DNA from: Patescibacteria group bacterium
Lineage (GTDB): Bacteria > Patescibacteriota > Minisyncoccia > Phycocordibacterales > Phycocordibacteraceae
Length of the DNA: 64,000 nucleotides
Direction of reading: 5' to 3'
NCBI GenBank assembly: GCA_013815345.1
Contig: JACDGK010000002.1
Span: 35,399-99,398, forward strand
Position 1 is the stretch's first letter; each line of letters begins with the position of its first letter. The notes under the pieces are model-generated. The model made no database searches and was not told where the DNA came from. It was given only the letters and a program-made list of their open reading frames with translations. The position numbers and the translations under genes were made by a program. This document shows, piece by piece, positions 19,203 through 28,584 of this stretch.

Positions 19203-20114
19203 TCACTTACCTATCTCTACACCTTCTTCTGATTGGGGAACCAGTGAATTAAAGGCCACTGGTACGAAGAGAATTTTCGCTTCCCTGCCTAAAAGTATTG
19301 TTTCTCCGTCCAGAATAGCCGGTATTTCTTTTTCTGAAGAAACCGTAGCTTGTTTTACCTTTATGGAACTCACTCCGGGATCATCACGCCATTCTCCCAG
19401 AACAGCGCGTGAGGCGAGTCGCAGGACTTCTAGGGGGCCTTCAAGGTTAAAGATGACCACTTCAAGCGATCGCTCCTTATCCGCTAACACTGATGAAATA
19501 AGCGGACAGATAATACCAAGTGCCTCAGCGTTCTTTTTTTCGCCTGCATCCAACTCGTATGAAATATCTTTTCCAAAGGATTGCTGAAGCACCGAGACGC
19601 TTTGTTCGATAGCTTCACCCAGCGCTCCTTCTCGGACTGATTCACGAGCTTTGGCCCACAGGGATGGAGTGCCGAGTATTGCCGCAACGAAAAATCTTTT
19701 CTTTTCGATCTGACCGCAGGAAACCGATCTCAGAACGGGAACAGAAAGTATGGAGCGGAGAATGTCTTGCCACGAAACATCTCCATACAGAGCCTTAGGA
19801 AGCATGTTCATTGTCCCTCCTGGGAGAGGAATAAGAATAGGTCCCTTTTCGCTACATATTTCCGCGGCAGTTCGAATAGTGCCATCACCACCCAGAATAA
19901 TAAGAATATCTAGCTCACGATCGGTTGCCTGGGCAAACGCCTCATCCATTTCATTCGCTTCGCCGCACCATATGTGGGGAGTGATTATTCCCGCTTCTCG
20001 TAAAATCGTTTCCATTTCTTCACGCACATTCTCGTCGCAACTACCGCTTGAAGTGTTCAAGATGGCACCGACTTTTTTCAACCGCACATTGAAATTTTGC
20101 GCATCCCTAGTCAT
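19203..20114 (-). CDS. diacylglycerol/lipid kinase catalytic-domain protein (YegS/DgkA-like)
   Basis: DAGK_cat signature ILGGDGT (IILGGDGTIRTAAE); 303 aa. Confidence 0.75.
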   Translation of the reverse strand: MTRDAQNFNVRLKKVGAILNTSSGSCDENVREEMETILREAGIITPHIWCGEANEMDEAFAQATDRELDILIILGGDGTIRTAAEICSEKGPILIPLPGGTMNMLPKALYGDVSWQDILRSILSVPVLRSVSCGQIEKKRFFVAAILGTPSLWAKARESVREGALGEAIEQSVSVLQQSFGKDISYELDAGEKKNAEALGIICPLISSVLADKERSLEVVIFNLEGPLEVLRLASRAVLGEWRDDPGVSSIKVKQATVSSEKEIPAILDGETILLGREAKILFVPVAFNSLVPQSEEGVEIGK

Positions 20115-20186
20115 AGCTGCATAGATTGACGGTTGTAGATAAATTTCTTATCCTTTAATTTAGATTCTAGAGTAGGAAGGGAAAAA

Positions 20187-20459
20187 ATGACAGCCTCTCT
20201 GCAGAACACGCCGTTTGTTCGTCTTCCTAATGGGCTCGCCATAGTTGAAATTCTCTACTATTTGCCGGATAGACCTTTGCTTCTGGGACAGCCATTTACC
20301 TGGCAGACTCTCGATTATTTTCCCGAATTTCCTCGAGTGAGGATGTTCCTTGATTTTTGGGCAGCGAATATCGACGCGCCTATACGGGACATTTTACTCG
20401 CCCACCCCCTGCTGCCCAAGAAAACCGATATTCGGGAACTTCCCAAAGTTCTTCACTAA
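20187..20459 (+). CDS. usg: Usg-like protein
   Basis: AIVEILYYLPDRPLLLGQPFTWQTLDYFPEFPRVRMFLDFW matches Usg family (AEILYRMPDHPSLLQTFIWQDYDLAPEFP..FLDFW); RBS AGGAAGGG upstream. Confidence 0.6.
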   Translation: MTASLQNTPFVRLPNGLAIVEILYYLPDRPLLLGQPFTWQTLDYFPEFPRVRMFLDFWAANIDAPIRDILLAHPLLPKKTDIRELPKVLH

Positions 20460-20500
20460 ACCTCGAGTCAATCACTCTTTTCTGTAGGGTGATTTTTTAT

Positions 20501-21931
20501 TTATACTATTTCTTCTGCCCTCGAGCCTTTTGAATAGAGAGTCAGCGGTACTGATTGCCACGTGTCTATGATCTCAGTTACTACACGCCATTCAGCCATG
20601 ATTTCCTTCGTATTTGTAAAAAGGGTTTGATCGCCCTTGAGGCCATCATACAGAACTCGTTCATACGCATCATGCGACATCTCCATGTTCGTTTCGCGCG
20701 CATAGTTAAAAGAAAGCTCTTGCGGTTCAACGGACGAATGAAAGCCTGGACGTTTAAACCAGAATCTAAAACGTATTCCTTCATTTGGCTGTACGTCGAA
20801 GGTAAGAATATTTTGATGCCCTTCGGAATGTGATATCGCGCAATTGCATTTCGTAGTTCCTTTAAAATAAATGTGCAGAGATACACGAGCTTCGGCAACT
20901 GCTTTTCCGCTCTCAAGCTCGAAGGGAACTCCCTTCCACCGCTCATTATTTACCCCGAGAATGACTCGAAAGAAAGTTTCAGTCTGAGAATCAGGCCCAA
21001 CCTGAGATTCTTGAAGATATCCTTCGTATTGCCCTCGCACTACTCCCCCGCCCCTATCAGTCTTAAAGAGATGTGTTTGTTCAAGAACCGCAGCTCGTGC
21101 CGCACGAATAGTATCGGCACTCATATCCTTCGAAGGCTCCATAGCTAGAAGTGCGAGCATCTGCAGCATATGGTTCTGACCCACGTCTCGAAGCGCGCCT
21201 ATGCCGTCATAAAAACCGCCCCGTGTTCCCACCGTCTTACTTTCATGAAAGATGATGTGCACTCGCTCGATAGCTTTGTTATTCCAGAGCGATTCGAATA
21301 CATTGTTTGAAAATCGAAACGTGAGAATGTTTTGCACGGTTTCCTTCGCAAGATAATGATCGATACGGAATATCTGTGACTCGCCAAAAAGCTCCCCAAG
21401 CATTTCATCAAGTCGCTCAGCTTCCTCAATGTTTTTTCCAAAAGGTTTCTCTACCAGGATTCGTGTCCATCCGGTTGTATCCTGGGAACTTTTGGGAACA
21501 CACGGTATAGCAAGACCTGCTGTAGCGATATTTTGGAGAATGGTAGCGTAGAGCGAGGGCTGTGTTGCAAGATAAAAAAGCTTATTAGTACAGATTCCCT
21601 GTCGTTCATCTTCTTTCAACAATAGTTGGCCTAAATTTGTAAAATCCTCCTCGCTCTCGAGATTTCCCTGTACGTATCTAAAATGTTCCAGAAACTCTTC
21701 TACACTATTATTCTTATTGTTGATCGACAATCTGGGTGGGCTATTTTCAATCGCTTCGCGCGTAAGTACCCGAAACTCTTCATCCGTAAAAGGGCGCCGT
21801 GCGAATCCTATAATTAAAAAATCTTCAGGAAGAAGCCCTTCGCTATACAGGCGATAGAGTGACCGAGCGAGCTTCGTACGATAGAGGTCTCCCGTGACGC
21901 CGAAGATCGTTAAAATAAGGGGTTCTGTCAT
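20501..21931 (-). CDS. zwf: glucose-6-phosphate 1-dehydrogenase
   Basis: N-terminal FGVTGDL dinucleotide motif, RIDHYLAKE active-site motif, NHMLQMLALLAMEP. Confidence 0.9.
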   Translation of the reverse strand: MTEPLILTIFGVTGDLYRTKLARSLYRLYSEGLLPEDFLIIGFARRPFTDEEFRVLTREAIENSPPRLSINNKNNSVEEFLEHFRYVQGNLESEEDFTNLGQLLLKEDERQGICTNKLFYLATQPSLYATILQNIATAGLAIPCVPKSSQDTTGWTRILVEKPFGKNIEEAERLDEMLGELFGESQIFRIDHYLAKETVQNILTFRFSNNVFESLWNNKAIERVHIIFHESKTVGTRGGFYDGIGALRDVGQNHMLQMLALLAMEPSKDMSADTIRAARAAVLEQTHLFKTDRGGGVVRGQYEGYLQESQVGPDSQTETFFRVILGVNNERWKGVPFELESGKAVAEARVSLHIYFKGTTKCNCAISHSEGHQNILTFDVQPNEGIRFRFWFKRPGFHSSVEPQELSFNYARETNMEMSHDAYERVLYDGLKGDQTLFTNTKEIMAEWRVVTEIIDTWQSVPLTLYSKGSRAEEIV

Positions 21932-22057
21932 ACTAGGTTTTTCTCAAGTGTATCATTTGAGAGAAAGAAACTCGTGGAAGCTTGACTTTTTCGATACACT
22001 ATGGTATTTTAAGCATGGAAAAAGCCTTTTGGCGCTAACGATTGGACGGAGGTTACC

Positions 22058-22297
22058 ATGCACGTCACTGCCGATAATACGCCTTTGGTCCGCGCCTTGA
22101 AAAAAGGCATACGGATTCACGAGGGGGTCGATAGCGTCCTCAGCTACTGGCGCGGATTCTGGAACGCTTTCTTCCAGGAACCGATTGACTCCGATTTGGA
22201 CTCTGACTCCGAACGCTCGGGTGAGGAAGTCCGGGATCCCAATTTCGTGGATGACGATAGCGGATTGGAAGAAGTCATCCGAAATCGTTACTCCTAG
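22058..22297 (+). CDS. hypothetical acidic protein
   Basis: 79-aa ORF with possible -35/-10 (cttgact...tatttt about 21990-22020) and downstream terminator. Confidence 0.4.
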   Translation: MHVTADNTPLVRALKKGIRIHEGVDSVLSYWRGFWNAFFQEPIDSDLDSDSERSGEEVRDPNFVDDDSGLEEVIRNRYS

Positions 22298-22318
22298 TGA
22301 TGCGAAATCTACCGCATC

Positions 22319-22355
22319 AAAGCCTCACGCCTAAAAACGTGAGGCCTTTCTTTTA
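22319..22355 (+). terminator. Rho-independent terminator
   Basis: aaagcctcacg-cctaaaaa-cgtgaggccttt followed by CTTTT. Confidence 0.5.
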
Positions 22356-22601
22356 AGCAGTATAGGGGCTTTGAATACCTGTTTCGGTTCCTGCAGTATC
22401 AATCTTTCCAAACTGAGTCTCATACTCTTTAACCTTTTCTGACCAGATCTCGACAATAGATTTCATGAGTTCGGGCGGTAACGCGAAACCGGAGATGTTT
22501 TGACCCGCTCGTAAAGCTATTACAAATTGATGTTTGCCGAAATTAATCTGTGCACCATTACAGAACAGCATTGGCAATGTATCGAAGTCAACGTTTTGCA
22601 T
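22353..22601 (-). CDS. DUF3467-like small protein
   Basis: C-terminal ...LPPELMKSIVEIWSEKVKEYETQFGKI resembles DUF3467 (...LALQDNIAKYEAQFGEI). Confidence 0.4.
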   Translation of the reverse strand: MQNVDFDTLPMLFCNGAQINFGKHQFVIALRAGQNISGFALPPELMKSIVEIWSEKVKEYETQFGKIDTAGTETGIQSPYTA

Positions 22602-22677
22602 AAAGGTGAGATAGTAGTAAAAGTACTGGTTCAGTATATAGGACGAGAATGCATTTCAACAACTCGGCTTTTTGTAA

Positions 22678-24207
22678 CTATGCGAATCCTGGAAAATAGT
22701 CCTTTTTAACATGACGCTTGGGAATCTTTAGTCGTGAGAGAAGATCACTATACGCGGTAACCATAGCTTGTGGGCCGGAAAGGTAAAATAGGCAATCTTG
22801 ATAATCAGGAATCTCCTTAGCAATAAGCTGTTCGCTTATAACTGAGGGAATTCCTTCGACTTTTGAGTCTCCAAGTGGTTGATTCGTAAGTATTGGGAGT
22901 GTTACTAACCCAAGTTCCCTCTCCGCCTGAGTAATAAGAGGCATATAGGCAATGTCGCTCATAGTATTGTTTGAATACAATAATGTAATATCACGCCTAT
23001 CGTTGGTATCGAGAAGGTGCTGAAGCATACTTCGAAATGGAGTAATGCCGATACCTCCGGCAATAAATACCAGCTTCTTTTTTTTATCTGACGGTAGAAC
23101 AAAATCTCCTGCAAGCTGCGAAGCAACGAGAGTCTCGCCCATCTTCATTGAAAGTAGCGTTCTTTTAAAACTGCTCATTGGCTGATAAAACTTTACGCCG
23201 ACACGGAAATCAGAATCGGTTGGTGAAGAAGCAATAGTAAAGTAACGACGAATGCCCCGACTATCAGCGTTAGAATGCGCAAGTGTGTATTCAAGGTATT
23301 GTCCAGGGCTAAACGATAGTTTTCGATTTGAGCTAAATACGAATTCATAGGTGTTTTCAGCAATTTGGAGACGATCTTTAAGCGTAAGAAATAATTTCAC
23401 TTTAGGGCTCACCACATATACGAAAAGGTTTCCTGCAAGAAGTGCTAGCTCAGGCGTAAAGTAAAAAGAGCCGATATGTACTTCCGGTGCAAAAAGAAAT
23501 CCAACTATGATCGCGTAGTAGAAGCGGAGAAAGCGAGTCGATGGTGTGGTGAACGGCTCGGTAAGCATAACGGTTCCCAGAAATACTGCCGGTGTGTATA
23601 GGAGCGATGCTTGAACTATATGAAAAGCACCCGTACCTTCCCCACTGCTCAGTATCAGAATTGTCGCAACAAGTGCCACACCAAACACAATCACCATACC
23701 CACTCGTCGTATTTTATGAGCAATAAGAAATCCTCCTACAGCGACAAAAGGCAGCATCCACAACGTGCCGATCCACCACGTAGCTGATTGGTTGAGGAAA
23801 AGCGCGGTAACGGCTACTCCCAAGGCAGCGGGATTACACAAATGTTTCTGCCCGATAGCAAAGATATATTTTGACGCTATTGACCATGCAGCTGCCCATC
23901 CGGCGAGTGCGAGGAAATTAAAATCGTTAAATGCATGTGGTGGTGCAATAATGAGTACGAGGATAAGGGCAGTAATATAGGTTGATTCTGGATTGCTCGG
24001 TGCATCATAAAAATAAGCAAACGCTCTATTTACTATCCAAGCAATTGCAAAAATAATTACAACGGAATATCCGATATACAAAGGATCGTATGGTACGAGA
24101 TGGAAGAATCCGAGTATGCCGGCAACGAGTATAAGAAAAATAAGCTCGTAGAGTACGAGCCGGTACATGGTTATCTTGTTTAGAATGGCATCAAGCGGCC
24201 GCATCAT
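22678..24207 (-). CDS. polytopic membrane oxidoreductase with C-terminal FNR-like FAD/NAD(P)-binding domain (ferric-reductase/COG4097-like architecture)
   Basis: About 260-aa N-terminal domain with at least 6 TM helices; C-terminal FAD motif RRYFTIASSP (RxY[ST]) and NAD(P) motif FIAGGIGITP; no 2Fe-2S cysteine cluster and no obvious bis-heme His pairs. Confidence 0.7.
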   Translation of the reverse strand: MMRPLDAILNKITMYRLVLYELIFLILVAGILGFFHLVPYDPLYIGYSVVIIFAIAWIVNRAFAYFYDAPSNPESTYITALILVLIIAPPHAFNDFNFLALAGWAAAWSIASKYIFAIGQKHLCNPAALGVAVTALFLNQSATWWIGTLWMLPFVAVGGFLIAHKIRRVGMVIVFGVALVATILILSSGEGTGAFHIVQASLLYTPAVFLGTVMLTEPFTTPSTRFLRFYYAIIVGFLFAPEVHIGSFYFTPELALLAGNLFVYVVSPKVKLFLTLKDRLQIAENTYEFVFSSNRKLSFSPGQYLEYTLAHSNADSRGIRRYFTIASSPTDSDFRVGVKFYQPMSSFKRTLLSMKMGETLVASQLAGDFVLPSDKKKKLVFIAGGIGITPFRSMLQHLLDTNDRRDITLLYSNNTMSDIAYMPLITQAERELGLVTLPILTNQPLGDSKVEGIPSVISEQLIAKEIPDYQDCLFYLSGPQAMVTAYSDLLSRLKIPKRHVKKDYFPGFA

Positions 24208-24962
24208 ACCTTTGTATAGCTTTTCGTATACTTTTCCAAACCAGTGGTCATAGTAGCGATTCCGTTTGCATCGATCGCATATCCTTCAAAATCATCCTGG
24301 TGTTCTAAAAAATAAAGACCTTCCTTTTCCATTGCAAATGCCGCAGTTGCAAAACGATCCGCCTCATATACGTTCGGACCGATAACGGTAAGGCTTACAA
24401 AATCATTCGGAACCTGTGTAGGGAAAAGAGGATTATATACGTGATTCCCGCGAATATAATTTCCTGAAGTAGCAACTCCTTTTTCGTGCGGATAGAGCAC
24501 CTTCACGATCTCCGCATGATTGAAAGGATTGCGTATACCGATACTCCACTCTTCCCCTTCCCCATTTCTGCCACTTGTTTGAATATCACCGGCGATCTCG
24601 AGATAAAAATGAGCATGTCCCCCGTCTCGTAAAAGCTTCGCAGCGTTATTGATTGCCCAACCTTTTACTATGCCGGAAGGATCGAGCTGGCCACCAGGCG
24701 TATGAATATCGAAGTATCCTCCCGTTTCCTCTCGCGTTTGCTCCGCAAGTCTCAGTACCTCACTCATTTCATCGCTATAGGTAACTGACGCAACTACCCC
24801 TTTATTTATTTCTGAAATCTCACTCTCACTTTTGTACGTGCTAAATCGATCATCTATTGAAATAAAATAATTGAAAATTCTATCGATAATAACTTGAGTG
24901 TCTGTGCCATCAACAATCTCAAGTATTACTGGCATGCCCATGATGGAACGGGTGTGATGCAT
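24204..24962 (-). CDS. apbE: FAD:protein FMN transferase (ApbE family)
   Basis: ApbE motifs IMGMPVIL.. (MGT-type N-motif), DPSGIVKGWA, VATSGNYIRG; 252 aa; no signal peptide or lipobox; start overlaps stop of upstream FMN-binding gene. Confidence 0.8.
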   Translation of the reverse strand: MHHTRSIMGMPVILEIVDGTDTQVIIDRIFNYFISIDDRFSTYKSESEISEINKGVVASVTYSDEMSEVLRLAEQTREETGGYFDIHTPGGQLDPSGIVKGWAINNAAKLLRDGGHAHFYLEIAGDIQTSGRNGEGEEWSIGIRNPFNHAEIVKVLYPHEKGVATSGNYIRGNHVYNPLFPTQVPNDFVSLTVIGPNVYEADRFATAAFAMEKEGLYFLEHQDDFEGYAIDANGIATMTTGLEKYTKSYTKV

Positions 24963-24964
24963 GG

Positions 24965-25471
24965 CTATGCTTTTGCACGCGCAAGCGCTACGGCAAGGGA
25001 TTCTTCGAACGCAGTGCTTGAATCCGAAGCTCCCGAAACTCCGTTCACGTGAGCACTTTGTGCTTGTATTGCTTCAGAACGCAAGATTGGCATGGCTTGG
25101 CGATTGATAGAGATGGAAGTTCCTCGATCGTTTGGATATTGTAGGAATGTTACATCCGTTAACTTTCCGCCTGAGATAACCGCACTGACCTGAATGTTGC
25201 CATAGTACGCATCAGCAACACTACCGATATAGGAGCCATCCACATACTGTCCTATCGATTTTTTGGGAACACTAGGGGCGACGGGCTTGACGACAACCGG
25301 AGATCGAGTCGTGCTACTGCTCTCAGGAGAAGTTATTGGAGTTGGGGTTATTGAATTGTTCTGCGTAATGGTCGACGAAGTGTTCGCTGTAGCGGCAGTG
25401 GTCAAGTGTGTATAAAAAAAATACGCTCCAAATCCGAAAAGAAATATGCTTGAAATAAAGGTTTTTTTCAT
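24965..25471 (-). CDS. membrane-anchored FMN-binding domain protein (NqrC/RnfG-type flavinylation target)
   Basis: N-terminal TM/signal; FMN_bind pattern GSYIGSVADAYYGNIQVSAVISGGKLTDV...VNGVSGASDSSTAFEESLAVAL with [ST]GA[ST] flavinylation motif (SGAS). Confidence 0.75.
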   Translation of the reverse strand: MKKTFISSIFLFGFGAYFFYTHLTTAATANTSSTITQNNSITPTPITSPESSSTTRSPVVVKPVAPSVPKKSIGQYVDGSYIGSVADAYYGNIQVSAVISGGKLTDVTFLQYPNDRGTSISINRQAMPILRSEAIQAQSAHVNGVSGASDSSTAFEESLAVALARAKA

Positions 25472-25570
25472 GAAGAATACGCGGTAAACAAAGAAGACTA
25501 CGATTTATAGTTACTACGTCCCGAGATGAGTTATTGTTTCATCTAGCCTGTAAATATTCTGTAAGGTAGA

Positions 25571-25798
25571 TTAGTGCTTCACGATTGCGATAAGAGGTGC
25601 GAGCAGGGCTTGTATGATACTTACGATAAAATTCCACACTGCAAGTACGATTTGCCAGACAAAACCAAAGTTAGCTTGCGTAAGAGGTGCGTGGAAGAGA
25701 CTCTGAATAGAAATGCCAAAGAAAGAAAGAAACAACACAATAATAATCGTCCAGAAAATGATTTTTAGCATACGCGTAGAATGTTTTGATAATATCAC
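25571..25798 (-). CDS. small hypothetical membrane protein (2 TM)
   Basis: 75 aa, two hydrophobic helices; directly upstream of FMN-binding gene on the same strand. Confidence 0.4.
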   Translation of the reverse strand: MILSKHSTRMLKIIFWTIIIVLFLSFFGISIQSLFHAPLTQANFGFVWQIVLAVWNFIVSIIQALLAPLIAIVKH

Positions 25799-25807
25799 TA
25801 TGCAAAA

Positions 25808-27151
25808 CTAAAGGTATGATAACGGATTAAGATAGGCGTTTTTCGGAGACACGGGCATGGTAGCGTTGGCACATGGCGAAGTTGCTCCGCGGAATTGTTT
25901 TAAGGTCAGGATTTGCACACCGGCACTTGCATACACGCCGAAATGAAGGTGGGGTCCGGTCGCGTAGCCGGTCATGCCTGAATAACCAATAACCGTTCCG
26001 TTCGTGACTGCTTGCCCTTGGGTCGCCGAGATCTGTGAAAGATGGGCATACAGCGTATCGAGCCCGTTGGAATGTTTGATCATTACCCATTTTCCGAATG
26101 AAAAGCATCCCGGGACCAAATCCGTGTTCCCTGTTGCGAGTACCGTACCCGAAAGGGCTGCTTGTACCGGTGTGCCGATCGGTACACCGAAATCAACGCC
26201 ATTATGTCCCAAGCCGTTGTATACCGAAGCATTTGCGGTCGCAAATGCCGTATTGCCGAAGTATTGAGTAATACAATTCACATTCCCGAGCGCCCCCTGC
26301 TTACTCACGCAGTTTGCCATTATTGCGTCAGAGAATGGCCACGCGAGAATACCAGAACCCGCGTGAGGAATCTGCGAAGAAGAAACACCTTTCAAGCTGT
26401 TTTCCAATTGCGATAGCTCGCTTTGAAAGGCTGCCTCCTGTGCTTTCTTTTGGGCGATCAATTTTTGATAGCTACTCTCTTGTGAATTTGTTTGGGCAAG
26501 GAGCTGCTGCTTTGTCTTGGTCGTTGCGTCAATTTGTCCTTTTTGTGTCGTAAGGTCAGTGCTCAAACCCGTGAGCTGTCCTTTCGTTGTGGAAACGCTA
26601 GTCTGCTGGTCTGCCAACGCGTGTTCATCGCCCGCAAGCAGATTTGCATTGGTTGCAAGAGCCTCATTCAATTGGGCAATGGTGTTCGTATCTTTCCATG
26701 CCTCAGTAAGCGTTTCAGAAGAAACAACGGCAGCGATGATCGGAAGATTATCCGCAGTGGCGATCTGGCGAAGCGAAGCCGCCAAACTTTGTCGGTCTAG
26801 ATCTATCGCTTGTTGTTTGGTAGTAATCTGAGAGCCGAGTCGTTGAAGCTGAAGGTTCGCAGCAACAATCTGGCTTTGGGTAAGGGAGAGTTGCGCGGCT
26901 GTTTTTTGGCGGGTCAGGTCGAGCGATTTAATACTTGATTGCAGTGTTTGCTTTTGACCCCCCAAGGTAGTGATCTGCGTTTGATAGCCCGCAATTTCTT
27001 GTTGCAGTGCCGTTATCTGTTGGTTATGAGCAGTGATCTGTGCTTGAATATCCGCGCTCGAAGCAGTGTCTCCGAAAGAAGATCCAGGTGAAAGAAATAG
27101 CGCCGCGGCAGCTACCGTACCTATCAGAAACAAAGGAGCTATAAACCTCAT
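25808..27151 (-). CDS. M23 family metallopeptidase with N-terminal coiled-coil (EnvC/murein hydrolase activator-like)
   Basis: Signal peptide; long Q/L/T-rich coiled coil; C-terminal HNGVDF and GMTGYATGPHLHFGV M23 motifs. Confidence 0.8.
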   Translation of the reverse strand: MRFIAPLFLIGTVAAAALFLSPGSSFGDTASSADIQAQITAHNQQITALQQEIAGYQTQITTLGGQKQTLQSSIKSLDLTRQKTAAQLSLTQSQIVAANLQLQRLGSQITTKQQAIDLDRQSLAASLRQIATADNLPIIAAVVSSETLTEAWKDTNTIAQLNEALATNANLLAGDEHALADQQTSVSTTKGQLTGLSTDLTTQKGQIDATTKTKQQLLAQTNSQESSYQKLIAQKKAQEAAFQSELSQLENSLKGVSSSQIPHAGSGILAWPFSDAIMANCVSKQGALGNVNCITQYFGNTAFATANASVYNGLGHNGVDFGVPIGTPVQAALSGTVLATGNTDLVPGCFSFGKWVMIKHSNGLDTLYAHLSQISATQGQAVTNGTVIGYSGMTGYATGPHLHFGVYASAGVQILTLKQFRGATSPCANATMPVSPKNAYLNPLSYL

Positions 27152-28581
27152 CCCCCTAGTATATCAAGTGCGGCCCGAATGCGCAGCTCGCTCCCAGCAG
27201 AACCAAGTATATATATAAGCGAAAAGGGGTCTGGGGAGCGCTCCTGACCCGAAAGCCCGTATCGTAAGGGCCACAGGACAGCTCCTCGACCACCTTTTTC
27301 TTTAGGGTTTTCGTCTGCCACGGACATAATGGCGACTTTTATTTCCTCGATCGTTTTTCCGTCAGATTCCTTGATGAATGGCAGCAGATTGGTGAGAGTT
27401 GTGCGGGTGAAGCCTGCGGCTTCACCCGGTTCTTTCAAAAGGAGCATTTCTTCAGTAAGTACCGGTTGAGTAAAAATACAGGCAAGTTCTCCGGTGAGCA
27501 TTTCTCGGGCTTCGCCAAATGTATGCGCACGTTCTTTGAGTAAGGGCACCGTTTTCGAAAATCGTTCAGGATCGGGAGAAGTGAAATTACCTTGCACAGT
27601 AAACTCTCCACTCGAAAGCTGTCGAAGCCAGTATTGATTTACCGACAATAATTTTTCCTCATTAAAATGAGCGCCGGACTTGTTTACTTTATCAAAATCA
27701 AATGCCTGAATAAGTTCTTCGGAAGTGAAGTATTCTTGCTCGGTGCCGGGATTCCATCCTAACAGCGCAAGAAAATTTACAAATGCCTCGGGGAGATATC
27801 CTTCTGCACGATAGTCCAGAATATCTTTTGCGCCATCCCGTTTGCTCAATTTCTTTTTTCCTTCCTCACTGAGAATGGGTGGCAGTGTGGCGAACGCAGG
27901 AGGCGGCAATTCAAACGCATCGTACAGCGAAAGAAATTTAGGAGTAGAAGAAATGAATTCTTCCCCGCGCGTCACATGGGTAATCTGCATCTCGATGTCA
28001 TCAACGACATGTGCAAAGTTATACGTCGGGTACCCATCACTTTTTATAAGTATGAAGTCATCCAGTGCTTCTTCGCCTGCAGAAAGTTCACCGCGTACGA
28101 GGTCATTCCAGCTATATCGTTTAAGAAATGGTGTGCGAAAACGGAGTGGCTTTGTCCCATCCCATTCTTCACTTTGCTCTGGACGATGTTCTCGAAAAAG
28201 AAATGGCCGCTTCTCCATTTCCGCTTTCTGTCGAAGCTCCTCAAGCTCGTCAGGAGTATAGGGATCGGTATAAGCAAAACCACTCGCAATAAGCTTTTGA
28301 GCGTATGCTTGATAGATCGGGAGCCGAGCCGATTGCACGTAAGGCTCATGAAATCCTCCGATATCAGGCCCTTCATCCCACTGCAGCCCGAGCCAACGAA
28401 GGGATTCCATAATATGGCCGATCGAACCCTCCACCTCCCTTTCTTTGTCAGTGTCTTCGATGCGAAGAATAAAAGATCCGGAATGTTTGCGTGCATACAG
28501 CCACGCGTATAAGGCAGTGCGCACTCCTCCTATATGCATATATCCAGTGGGGCTCGGCGCAAAACGGGTCCGTACGTTCAT
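27148..28581 (-). CDS. gltX: glutamyl-tRNA synthetase
   Basis: PSPTGYMHIGG (HIGH), KLSKR (KMSKS) motifs, 477 aa. Confidence 0.9.
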   Translation of the reverse strand: MNVRTRFAPSPTGYMHIGGVRTALYAWLYARKHSGSFILRIEDTDKEREVEGSIGHIMESLRWLGLQWDEGPDIGGFHEPYVQSARLPIYQAYAQKLIASGFAYTDPYTPDELEELRQKAEMEKRPFLFREHRPEQSEEWDGTKPLRFRTPFLKRYSWNDLVRGELSAGEEALDDFILIKSDGYPTYNFAHVVDDIEMQITHVTRGEEFISSTPKFLSLYDAFELPPPAFATLPPILSEEGKKKLSKRDGAKDILDYRAEGYLPEAFVNFLALLGWNPGTEQEYFTSEELIQAFDFDKVNKSGAHFNEEKLLSVNQYWLRQLSSGEFTVQGNFTSPDPERFSKTVPLLKERAHTFGEAREMLTGELACIFTQPVLTEEMLLLKEPGEAAGFTRTTLTNLLPFIKESDGKTIEEIKVAIMSVADENPKEKGGRGAVLWPLRYGLSGQERSPDPFSLIYILGSAGSELRIRAALDILGG

Positions 28582-28584
28582 ACG

